64,000 nt of DNA from contig NC_043014.1 of assembly GCF_006345805.1 (NCBI RefSeq), positions 46,810,001 through 46,874,000 on the forward strand, read 5' to 3'. Positions 41,070 to 51,940 of the stretch are shown piece by piece (position 1 is the stretch's first letter; each line of letters opens with the position of its first letter). The notes beneath the pieces are model-generated. The model saw only the letters and a program-made list of their open reading frames with translations. It was not told the origin of the DNA and searched no databases. Source of the DNA: Octopus sinensis (lineage: Eukaryota). The translations under genes were made by a program, and so were the position numbers.

Positions 41070-41643
41070 TATCTGTTGCAGAAGACTGATTCTGTGGATC
41101 AGATTTTGTGTTGTTGTGCAAGAACAACTGTGTGGTTTTGATGAGTTTTTGTGGGCAGCCAAGTTCGAAGGATACTTTCCACAGAGTTTCATATGATTTA
41201 TAGAAGAATCAAATATTTTGGAGAGATCAAAGAAAACCAATGATTTGTATTGCAGTTAGCTGGGGAATGCAGAAGGTCATATCAATAATGATCCTGGAAG
41301 GTCAGAATGAAATTGAGATTGAAGTGGTAGAATTTGAAGTAGTAGGATGTGGTGGCTGAGGAGAAATTTTCCTGCTGTTGACAAAGGCAAGATTCCTATG
41401 TAGTTGCCACAATCTGATGTCTTCTTTCTTGAAGAATGTAAATAATTATTATTCTACACATTGCAAGAACAGATAACATCTCTTCTCACTTCCACAGGCT
41501 TCCAGATTAGTAATTCTCCACCAGACTTTCATTTAGCTGTACATGAGCCCTGAACAAGCATTCTTGTTTCTTCATTGTTAGCCAGAGATTTCATGTGAAA
41601 TCTCAACCACTTGAACCGCATGCTACATGTGTGTGTGTGTGTG

Positions 41644-41679
<36 letters not shown>

Positions 41680-41998
41680 CATGCGTGTGTGTGTGTGCAT
41701 GCGTGTGTGTATGTGTGTGTGTATGTGTGTGTGTGTAAATGTAAGCATGTGTGTGTGTGTGTGTGTGCATGTATACGTGCTCATGCGTGTGTGTCTTTCT
41801 CTTTTCTCCTTTTTATCTGATCTCTTTCTGATTATTTCTTTATTTTTCATCTCTAATTTTCTTCTCTATGTTTATTTACCACATACACACACACACACAC
41901 ACTACACATACACACACACACACGCATACACATGCAACACACTCATAGACGCATACAAATTCAAACTATTAAATCTCTCCCTTTTTTCTCTATTTCAG

Positions 41999-42207
41999 AC
42001 ATTTGTGGTGATAGAGAAGAGACTTAAGAAGAATATAATACATCGGTTTTCAGCAAAGAGGTCCTTATTTTTATTCTCGCCCCGTAACCCACTTCGTCGC
42101 CTGGCAGTTTGTATTGCCACCAATGTTTGCTTCGATTATTTTTTGATGTTTACCATTTGTGTCAATTGTGTATTTCTGGCTATCCCAAACATTTCTGAGT
42201 TTGTTGA
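41999..42207 (+). CDS. Nav2: Internal coding exon of a voltage-gated sodium channel alpha subunit, Nav2/DSC1-like (N-terminal cytoplasmic region to DI-S1)
   Basis: Polypyrimidine acceptor ctcccttttttctctatttcAG ends at 41998 and donor GTAAGT starts at 42208. The 209 nt (phase 0 to phase 2) encode TFVVIEKRLKKNIIHRFSAKRSLFLFSPRNPLRRLAVCIATNVCFDYFLMFTICVNCVFLAIPNISEFV(E). This matches the Nav pattern TF.V....IHRF....L..F.P..P.RR....IATN..FDY....TI..NC.FLA. The KR.KKN.IHRF and IATN..FDY motifs and the short S1-S2 linker favour Nav2 over Nav1 (recalled alignment). Confidence 0.9.
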
Positions 42208-42269
42208 GTAAGTACAAGACATTTTCTTTCACTATTTTTGCTCATTTAACTTGACTAAGTTCCGACATT

Positions 42270-42650
42270 AATTTCTATGTAAAATTCTCTAAAAGATTCC
42301 ATAAAATGTTTCCTGAATTTATCTAGGTAGTAATCATGCATTCAGCCCCTCATCTCTATACAACCCTTTTCAAAAGAGTTGAATTTGTTTTAGAATGTTT
42401 CCAAAATGTACAGAACCAACCTACACACTTCAGAAACATAGTGTCTGTCCATATATAACTTAATACCTTCTTTTATCATCCAGAAGGAATCATTGAAGTA
42501 TGGTAGTGACTGCCTAGCATACATTAAAACACTAGTATCAGTCTCACTAATTGTAGTGAATGTCTTAGCAAACTCTAACCTAGAAACCACAAGTTTTTTA
42601 GCTATCGTATGAGAGTAAACCATGGTAATTACCATCTTGGCAAGAAATCA
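42270..42650 (-). mobile_element. Penelope-like element RT core remnant (inverted segment)
   Basis: Minus-strand translation gives LEFAKTFTTISETDTSVLMYARQSL..EVCRLVLYIL, then GLYRDEG (42346-42366). These resemble PLE RT motifs ALxFAK...IMHARKSLL...AEVCELVGLYIL...GLYRDDGL. Stops and frameshifts are present. Confidence 0.75.
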
Positions 42651-42659
42651 AAGGCCTTC

Positions 42660-43040
42660 TTTACATTAATAGGAATTCTAACCATCCACCTACAATCATA
42701 AAAGCTTGTCAGTAGTATTAATAGAAAAGTAGCTACTAATCCTCCATAAAAAAAATATGTTTTTGCAATGAAGCACAAAATGTAATTGGATTTAAATAAG
42801 AACTATGATACAGGGAAAAACAAAAATCAGCAAAAACAGAAGCAGAAAATTTATCTGGTTTAATCTTATCCCTAGAATAAAAATAGCTTCCAATACAACT
42901 TAGAAACTCTGTGGGTACCTCGTATTAGCCACTGCTTGAGGCCAGCAACAGAATGAAATTCTGTTGAGAAAAATTCATCAAAAGTAATTTTCATCAAAAG
43001 TAATGTGAAAATTAGTTATGGTTGCAGGAACCAAAGATCT
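42660..43040 (+). mobile_element. Penelope-like element post-RT (thumb/linker) remnant
   Basis: Plus-strand [14 protein letters not shown] (42662 on), KNRSRKFIWFN (~42832-42864) and NVKISYGC (~43002-43025) resemble PLE motifs SNHPP.IIK, RKIIWFNPP and VKISYSC. Confidence 0.75.
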
Positions 43041-43089
43041 TTTGAAGAGACCATAACATTTTAGTTGTTACTGGGAATAAAATAAGAGT

Positions 43090-43370
43090 AATAGGATATG
43101 TAGAGTAGTACTGGACACAAGGCCACTCTCCTCCACTGCTCCATTGACCTCAGTACGTGGGAGACAACAGCCAAGGACCACCCAGAGAGGCAGCATGTCA
43201 TCATTGAAAGGAACATATACCTGATCAAAAATAACAAACATCAAGAGACAGAGATGAGACATTGAAGATGCAAAGAGTGTCTCACACTTCCCCCACCAAG
43301 TCTCCCTGCAATAAATGTACCCATCTCTTCTATACTGCCCTTGGCCTCAACAGCCACCTCAGGCACAGGT
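43090..43370 (+). mobile_element. RTE (BovB-like) ORF2 C-terminal remnant
   Basis: KATLLHCSIDLSTWETTAKDHPERQH...CNKCTHLFYTALGLNSHLRHR resembles the RTE C-terminal ID..TWE..A.DR..WR and C..C......GL.SH motifs. Confidence 0.7.
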
Positions 43371-43451
43371 ACCCTTCACACCCAGCAGGAGGAAGAGGCT
43401 CAATCGCTCACTCCAGATCTACTACTCAAATACAAGTTAACGCCACAGCCA

Positions 43452-43610
43452 AAGATATGTTGCTATGGTAAGAAGCTTGCTTCCCAACCACATGGTTCCA
43501 AGCTCAGTCCCACTGTGTGGTACCTTGGGCAAGTGTCTTCTACTAAAGCCTCTGGCCAACCAAAGACTTGTGAGTGGATTTGGTAGACGGAAACTGAATG
43601 ACACCCGTCT
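43452..43610 (+). mobile_element. SINE-A 5' half, diverged
   Basis: Head plus CORE-like segment. Confidence 0.75.
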
Positions 43611-44038
43611 TTTATATATATGTGGCCTTAGAACTTTGATTAAAAGCAAAAAAAAGGAGGTATCAAAAATGCTCATTTTTTTTCATATCTTGACATTCCA
43701 TTTTAATGATCTGAAAATCAACAAAAATTAAATAAAATTATCTAGTAAAGAAACAAAATAGATTCCAAAATGATTCAAAAATAGAATTCTTGAAAAAATA
43801 GATTCCAAAGTTTAAAAATGCAATAAATTCAAAATTTTTTTTAAATGGCGGGAACCCAATATATATATATATATATTATCATTATTATTATTATTGTTAT
43901 TATATTATATATATATATATATATTATATATATATATACTAAGTAATTAAGGTTTAGCAACGAATTGCCTCACCAACCAACGAATTTAGAAATAGCAGTC
44001 AAAGAGATATAGCTATTCCTTCTACTATATATATATAT

Positions 44039-44345
44039 AGCCTGGGCTTCAGAGGCCCACAGATCTTCAATATCCTCCTGAAGAACCTGAGAGACCTGCA
44101 TGGGGTGGATGCAGATGTCTTTAAAATAAAACTGGATCTCTTCCTGTCAGGTGTCCCAGATGAACCAACTTCATGGCAGGAGGTGCAGATAAGGGCAGCT
44201 GCATCGAACTCTCTCATACACCAAATGGCAATTGCTAAAAAGCATTCGTGAAGTAAAATCATGTAGCAACACCAAATGGCAGTACCCCAGCATGGCCACA
44301 GCTCATGAGCTGAAACTAGATAAAATAAAATAAAAAAATAAAAAA
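44039..44345 (+). mobile_element. 5'-truncated CR1/L2-group LINE 3' end
   Basis: SLGFRGPQIFNILLKNLRDLHGVDADVFKIKLDLFLSGVPDEPT...AASNSLIHQ ends at TGA 44249-44251. The 3' UTR has hairpin CAGCTCATGAGCTG followed by (TAAAA)n. Confidence 0.8.
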
Positions 44346-44355
44346 TATATACATA

Positions 44356-44755
44356 GGCACAGGAGTGGCTGCGTGGTAAGTAGCTTGCTTACGAACCACA
44401 TGGTTCCGGGTTCAGTCCCACTGCGTGGCACCTTGGGAAAGTGTCTTCTACTATAGCCTCGGGCCGACCAAAGCCTTGTGAGTAGATTTGGTAGACGGAA
44501 ACTGAAAGAAGCCTGTCGTATATATATATATGTATATATGTGTGTTTGTGTGCCTGTGTTTGTCCCCCAACATTGCTTGACAACTGATGCTGGTATGTTT
44601 ACGTCCCCGTTACTTAGCGGTTCGGCAAAAGAGACCAATAGAATAAGTACTAGGCTTACAAAGAATAAGTCCTGGGGTCAATTTGCTCGACTAAAAAGGC
44701 GGTGCTCCAGCATGGCCGCAGTCAAATGACTGAAACAAGTAAAAGAGTAAAAGAG
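44356..44755 (+). mobile_element. SINE-A, full length
   Basis: Complete copy; tail hairpin at 44719-44732. Confidence 0.9.
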
Positions 44756-45167
44756 TATACATATATATACACATATATGTGTATATATATATATATTATA
44801 TAAAATCGTCATTAACATCATGTAATATGAGTTGAGAATGATGATGATGACATGCATATATTAACATATAATCTCAAAGAAGCCCTGTGTGTGAGTTTAC
44901 ATAGTACGTGCAAATCTATGTATGTGTATATGTTTGTGAATGTGTGTGTGTATGTTCTTATGCGTTTCCATGTGTGTGTGCCTGTGTGCATCCGTGTATG
45001 TGTGTGTATGCATTCAAATTTGCACTTTTTCCAAAAATCAGACAGCTACAGCCAGTGGATTAGCAACAGATGGGGGCATCATCCAACAGTAGACAATGCC
45101 TCAATGATATATATTCATGAAACCCATGCTAGAATGGAGCAATGGACTTAAAAAGGGAGCCATGTGA

Positions 45168-45202
<35 letters not shown>

Positions 45203-45827
45203 TACACACACAGATATACACATATATACACATGCATTTATATATTTATGATTGTGTTTTTGCGAATGTTTATGGGTTTATATTTTACTGAACAGACAGT
45301 TTGGCACGAAGATATATAGATAGGAGGTACATAGACAGACAGATTGATAAATCAAAAGATTGTATGTATGTATGTATGTATGTATGTATGTATGTATGTA
45401 TGTATGTACGTATGTATGTATGTATGTATGTATTTATTGTATGTATTTATGTATATGTGTATGTATTGTATGTATGTACGTGTGTATTTGTGTGTGTGTA
45501 TGCTGTATGTATTGTATGTATGTTTGTATTTATTGTATGTATGTATGTATGTATGTATGTATATATGTATGTATTGTATGTATGAATGAACGTATGTATG
45601 TATATATGTCTGTATTGTATGTATGTATGTATGAATGTATGTATGTATTGTATGTATGTATGTAGGTAGGTAGGTATGTAGGTACATAGGTACATAGGCA
45701 ACTAGCTCGCTGGTTAGCGAGCTAGTTTGCTAATTGCATAGATAGATAGAAAGATAGATAGATAGATAGAGACATATATATATATAAAGAGAGAGAGAGA
45801 GAGATTGATAGAAACATATATATATAT

Positions 45828-45902
<75 letters not shown>

Positions 45903-46304
45903 ATGATAGACAGATAGATAAATAGATAGATATACAATTATGTACATATATAAATATATGCATATCAGTAGATCTCGGTCAAACGCTACCTATAGATCAT
46001 GCTCATGTATATACATGTATATGCATATGCACTTATAAACACTTATAAATACATACACATACATGCATGCACACATACATGCATTATTACACCACTTACA
46101 CACATCCATTAATACATACTAAATATGAATGTGTGTGTGTGTGTGTGTGTGTACGTAGTCTTGATCACAACTGTCCAATGAATGGGAACCTGAAACTCTG
46201 AGTCACAGCTTTTTGTGATGTTTTGCAGCTTCAACAAAAAGGGATATTGTTTTACCTTTGGTATTCAGGTACTATTTTTCCCCTCCTTGTTTTGCATTTA
46301 CTTC

Positions 46305-46346
<42 letters not shown>

Positions 46347-46739
46347 ATTATATATACATTATCTAATAGTATACATATATATATACATACAAAATATATA
46401 TATATATATATACATACACTACTTGTATATGTGCCTACACACTATGTATGCAAATATATATATGTTCATCATCGTTTATATATATATATATATATATATA
46501 TATCTTATATATATATAGATATATATGCACACATACACGCATATATACCAAACACACCATATGTGTGTGTATGTATACATATGTGTGTATCTATGTATAT
46601 ACATACATATTTTAACACATTTACATGTATATACATGTGTAAATAAATATACATGCATGCATATATACATACATCCATACATAATTACATTACATCCACA
46701 CATATATTCATACACATTATATACATACACACACACAAA

Positions 46740-46778
<39 letters not shown>

Positions 46779-47534
46779 TTATATCCTATCACATGTACAT
46801 AGTGTGTATGAAGACGTGTGTGTATATAAATATGTAGTACATATGTATGTATGTATGTATGTATGTATGAATGTATGTACATATGTATGTATGTATTTAT
46901 GTACGTACGTATGTACGTATGTATGTATGTATGTATGTATGTATGTATGAATGTATGTATGTACATATGTATGTATGTATTTATGTACGTACGTATGTAC
47001 GTATGTATGTATGTATGTATGCACGTACGTACGCATATATGTATGTATGTATGCACATGCATACAAATGCTAACACATATAATCATAATTGCATACCTAA
47101 ACATTCATAATTCTCATTTTACCAGCAAAGAACATTCCAGTACAATACATATAAATGTTCCACCTTCAACGATTGTTCTCTCTCTCTCCCTTTTCTCTCC
47201 TCTCTCTCCTCGTCCCGACATCTTTCTCCTCACAACAGGAATGCATTTCAATTTAGTTATTGCATAACATTGCCAAACTCGGCCAGTGCAGCTGTCTGAC
47301 TGCATTGTGCCACCGAGTGCATTTTTACATGCATGTGATTGCAGCGTTCCACCAGTTGCACAGTATTTACAGCTGGATGCACTCGCTATAGAAAACACAA
47401 CCAGACAATGACTGCGCTCTGTGCGTTTCTTTGTGCACACATGAACATGCGCACCTAAACCCCCCCCCCACAAACTCACACTCACAGATATATATAGAGT
47501 GAGAGAGAGAGAGAAAAAGAGCTAATGTATTATA

Positions 47535-47579
<45 letters not shown>

Positions 47580-47830
47580 CATGCATAATTCAAAATATAC
47601 AGTATTATAGATCCATTACAGCTGATCATACCAATTGGTTTCACACCAGATACTAGGTAAATGGGCTTCTAACTAATGCATATGCTCTTCAAGGATGGCA
47701 ATATATATACATATATATATATACATACATATATATATATATGTATATATATACATACATACACACACACAAGTGTATATATACACGCACAAACATATAT
47801 ACACACACACATGTATGTGCATGCATATAT

Positions 47831-47914
47831 ATTCCTGAGCGCCATACTAATACAATTGTTTGTCTGTACTCCACCTACCTTCGTCTTTTGTTTATTTTCA
47901 TAAAGCTTCCCGTT
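47831..47914 (+). mobile_element. Family P 3' fragment, inverted relative to 47977-48158
   Basis: ttcctgagcgccatactaatac...tcgtcttttgtttattttcataaagcttccc matches the reverse complement of 23040-23120. Confidence 0.6.
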
Positions 47915-47976
47915 ATATATATATATATATGTTTAGCCCCTTGTGGGTAGTAAAGAAATATATATATATATATATA

Positions 47977-48156
47977 GGGAGAATTCACAAAAAAACAAAT
48001 GGTGAAGACAGGTAGTGTAGACAACAAACAGATGCATTAGTATAACACACAAGAAGGGAAAAAGTCTTTAATGTTTCGAGCCTATGCTCTTCCACAGAAA
48101 GGAACACAGAAAGAAGCAAGGAGAGAAAATAAGGAATGTGTAGTGGCTAGAGATCT

Positions 48157-48158
<2 letters not shown>
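47977..48158 (-). mobile_element. Family P short copy flanked by (TA)n
   Basis: Aligns with 50139-50321 and contains hammerhead-like copy 2. Confidence 0.6.
48066..48101 (-). ncRNA. Minimal type I hammerhead-like motif, variant core (copy 2, decayed helix III)
   Basis: Minus strand CUUU-CUGUGGA-A-GAGC-AUAG-GCUC-GAA-ACAU-U-AAAG. Confidence 0.45.
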
Positions 48159-48194
<36 letters not shown>

Positions 48195-48356
48195 TGCGCT
48201 GAAGATATTTCACTCAAGAATTTCAAGATCAAACTTATTTTATAACATATGTTTTGTAATTTGTATTGAGTATAAATTGAAACAGTTGTAGTAGGCAATG
48301 TTAATTCATTAATAAATTAATTCATATCCTTTAACTTTCTCCATTTTCTTATTTTA

Positions 48357-48391
<35 letters not shown>

Positions 48392-48840
48392 GTATTTTAT
48401 ACATATATGTAGGTGAGTGTGTTTGATAGTTTTAAATAAATACAGTTCACAAAATTGAAATAATATTTGATATAAATGGGAACTGTTTACTTGGAAGGTT
48501 TGCTGTTAAAACTAGCTTCTCAGAATTGTGATTGTACAGTGAAATTTTCTCTGTGTAGTTCAGTTTTGATGTGAGACATATTAGTAAAAGTATGTATAAT
48601 GGGAGTGGGAGGAAGGGGAGGAGGAGGATATTAAAGATTAGATTGGTTGAACAAACATAAGCAAGGAAATAGGGTTTGATGAGTATATAACACCAAGTTT
48701 ACTTAAGCATGTAGTAAATAGATGCAGTGTGCAGATGTGAACTGTATGGATAAATTTAGTGATTATACATTGGGTAGAGAGATAGATAGATACAGTGTGT
48801 AGATGTGGACAGGATAGGGAGATAGACAGACAGATAGATT

Positions 48841-48885
<45 letters not shown>

Positions 48886-49093
48886 TGTGTAGATGTGAAC
48901 TGGATAGAGAGATAAATAGCTACATAGACAGGTAGTCAGACAGGCAGATGGGCAGACATGCAGATAGATAGGCAGGCAGGCAGACAAACAAACAAACAGG
49001 CAGACAGACAGACACATAGATAGATAGATTGTGCAGATGTGGATTGAATAGAGAGATAAAAAGATACATAGACAGACACAGAAAGACAGACAA

Positions 49094-49203
<110 letters not shown>

Positions 49204-49592
49204 TGACAAACAGGTTGGTAGATAGTGTGTAGATGCAGATTTATACAGATAGCTACAGTGTGTAAATGTATACTGGACAGATATATATACAGCATGTAGG
49301 TTTTGACCCAACAGACAGACACAGTATGTAGATGTTGTCTTGAGAGATACATACAGTATACATTTTATCAGGATAAATAGACATAGTGCATCAGTGTTGA
49401 CTGGACAAATAGACGCCGCTTGTTTATGTTGATTGGTTATGTAGAGACAGAGTGTGTGTCTCTTCATTGGATGGATAGACACAGTGCAAAGATGTCAGAT
49501 GCTGATTATGGGATATTAACTGAATAGACAGAGTATGTAGATGTTGACTTCAAGAAGATACTGTATATATATATAGAGAGAGAGGAAGGAGT

Positions 49593-49692
49593 ATGGTGCA
49601 GCCTTCGGGCTCCCCAGACCCCAGTTGAACCGTCCAACCCATGCTAGCATGGAAAACGGACGCTAAATGATGATGATGATGATGATGATGAT
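49593..49692 (+). mobile_element. RTE 3' UTR (family B), terminal 100 bp
   Basis: Consensus tail plus (GAT)n. Confidence 0.8.
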
Positions 49693-49697
49693 ATATA

Positions 49698-50105
49698 CTC
49701 TTTACTCTCTTTTACTCTTTTACTTGTTTCAGTCATTTGACTGTGGCCATGCTGGAGCACCACTTCTAGTCGAGCAAATCAACCCCGGGACTTATTCTTT
49801 GTGAGCCTAGTACTTATTCTATCAGTCTCTTTTGCTGAACCGCTAAGTTACAGGGATGTAAACACATCACCATCGGTTGTCAAGCAATGTTGGGGGGACA
49901 AACACAGACACACAAACACACACACGCACATATATATATACATATATACGATGGGCTTCTTTCAGTTTCCGTCTATCAAATCCACTCACAAGGCTTTGGT
50001 CCGCCCGAGGCTATAGTAGAAGACACTTGCCCAAGTTGTCATGCAGTGGAACTGAACCTGGAACCATGTGGTTGGTAAGCAAGCTACTTACCACACAGCC
50101 ACTCC
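49698..50105 (-). mobile_element. SINE-A, full length
   Basis: Complete reverse-complement copy. Confidence 0.9.
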
Positions 50106-50138
50106 ATCCCCTATATATATATAGATAGATATAGATAT

Positions 50139-50317
50139 AAAGGGAAAGTTTACGAAAATAAGCAAAAGACGAAGGCAGGTGGAGTACAAACAAACAAATG
50201 TATTAGTATAATGCTCAGGAATAGAAAAAGCCTTTTACGTTTCGAGCCTACGCTCTTCGACAGAAAGATACACAGAAATAAAACAAGGAGAGAAAAAATG
50301 CGTGTAGGAGCTAACGA

Positions 50318-50321
<4 letters not shown>
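50139..50321 (-). mobile_element. Family P short copy flanked by (TA)n
   Basis: About 183 bp with TA repeats on both sides; contains hammerhead-like copy 3. Confidence 0.6.
50232..50267 (-). ncRNA. Minimal type I hammerhead-like motif, variant core (copy 3, most intact)
   Basis: Minus strand CUUU-CUGUCGA-A-GAGC-GUAG-GCUC-GAA-ACGU-A-AAAG. Confidence 0.55.
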
Positions 50322-50367
<46 letters not shown>

Positions 50368-50645
50368 TTAATTTTATAGTTTAACACAATGTGTTGATAT
50401 GGCTATATAAACAGACACAGTGTGTAGATGCTGACTGTATATGACAAAAATGTAGAAGTTGCCTGTATGGGTTCTGTGTGTATATATAGACAAATGTGGT
50501 GTCTATATAGATAGATACAGTGCGTAGATGTAGACTGGCTAAACCAGTAAAATTACTCAATGACCAAGATACATTATCACCGTTATCATCATCATCATTA
50601 CCATCATCATCATCGTTATCGTCGTCGCTGTCAGCTTCATCATAT

Positions 50646-50682
<37 letters not shown>

Positions 50683-50839
50683 GCTATTACAGTTAATGTT
50701 GTCATCTTTATTTCTTGTCTCTGTATTGTGTCTGGCATTCAGCCAAAACCATTACTGTGCTGCGTTGAAGATCAACACACAAGTGTAATTATTAATCTCT
50801 ATGTCTCAGCTACTTAATGACAATATCGAGATAACACTT

Positions 50840-50870
<31 letters not shown>

Positions 50871-50910
50871 AAGCAAAAACAACAACAACAACAACAACAG
50901 CAACAATAAT

Positions 50911-51126
50911 AATCCTTTCTACTAAAAGCACAAGGCCTGGAATTTCGGGGTAGGCGCCTAGTTGATAATATCGATCTCAATATTCAATTGGTACTTATTT
51001 TATCGACTCCGAAAGGATGAAAGGCAAAGTTGACCCCAGCAGAAATTGAACTCAGAACGTAGCGACAAGCAAAATACTGCTAAGCACTTTATCCAGCATG
51101 CTAACGACTCTGCCAGCTCATTGTCT
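50911..51126 (-). mobile_element. SINE-C
   Basis: Reverse-complement consensus match. Confidence 0.8.
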
Positions 51127-51213
51127 TAATATTAATAATAATAATAATAATAATCATACAGCTCTATATTGAAGAGATGAGGAATTATGTACATTATTTA
51201 CATTATTTACATA

Positions 51214-51376
51214 GGTGTAGGAGCGGATGTGTGGTAAGTAGCTTGCTTACCAACCTCATGGTTCCGGGTTCAGTCCCATTGCATGACACCTTGGGCAACT
51301 GTCTTCTACTATAGCCTCGGGCTGACCAAAGTCTTATGAGTGGATTTGGTAGACAGAAACTGAAAGAAGCCCGTCG
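51214..51376 (+). mobile_element. SINE-A 5' half
   Basis: Head match. Confidence 0.85.
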
Positions 51377-51418
51377 TATATATGTATGTATGTATATATA
51401 TATTTATATATATATATA

Positions 51419-51822
51419 CTCTTTTACTCTTTTACTCTTTTACTTGTTTCAGTCATTTGACTGCGGCCATGCTGGAGCACTGCCTTTAGTTGAGCAAATT
51501 GGCCCCGGGACTTATTCTTTGTAAGCCCAGTACTTATTCTATCGGTCTCTTTTGCCGAACCGCTAAGTGACGGGGACGTAAACACACCAGCATCGGTTGT
51601 CAAGCAATGCTAGAGGGATAAACACAGACACACACATACATATATATACATACATATATACGACAGGCTTCTTTCAGTTTCCGTCTACCAAATCCACTCA
51701 CAAGGCTTTGGTCGGCCCGAGGCTATAGCAGAAGACACTTGCCCAAGGTGCCACGCAGTGGGACTGACCCGGAACAATGTGTTTGGTTAGCAAGCTACTT
51801 ATCACACAGCCACTCCTGCGCC
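51419..51822 (-). mobile_element. SINE-A, full length
   Basis: Complete reverse-complement copy, inverted relative to 51214-51376. Confidence 0.9.
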
Positions 51823-51868
<46 letters not shown>

Positions 51869-51881
51869 GTGTGTGTGTGTG

Positions 51882-51940
<59 letters not shown>

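Larger units (their letters stand above)
39330..41600 (-). mobile_element. Degenerate RTE (BovB-like) LINE ORF2, interrupted by younger insertions
   Basis: Frameshifted motifs FKK.D.SDCGNY.GI.LSTAGK (~41370-41430), VFFDLSKIFD (~41215-41245), YADD (40697-40708), SKL*SKEIWKE (~39960) and TRALFYS (~39410). Confidence 0.75.
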
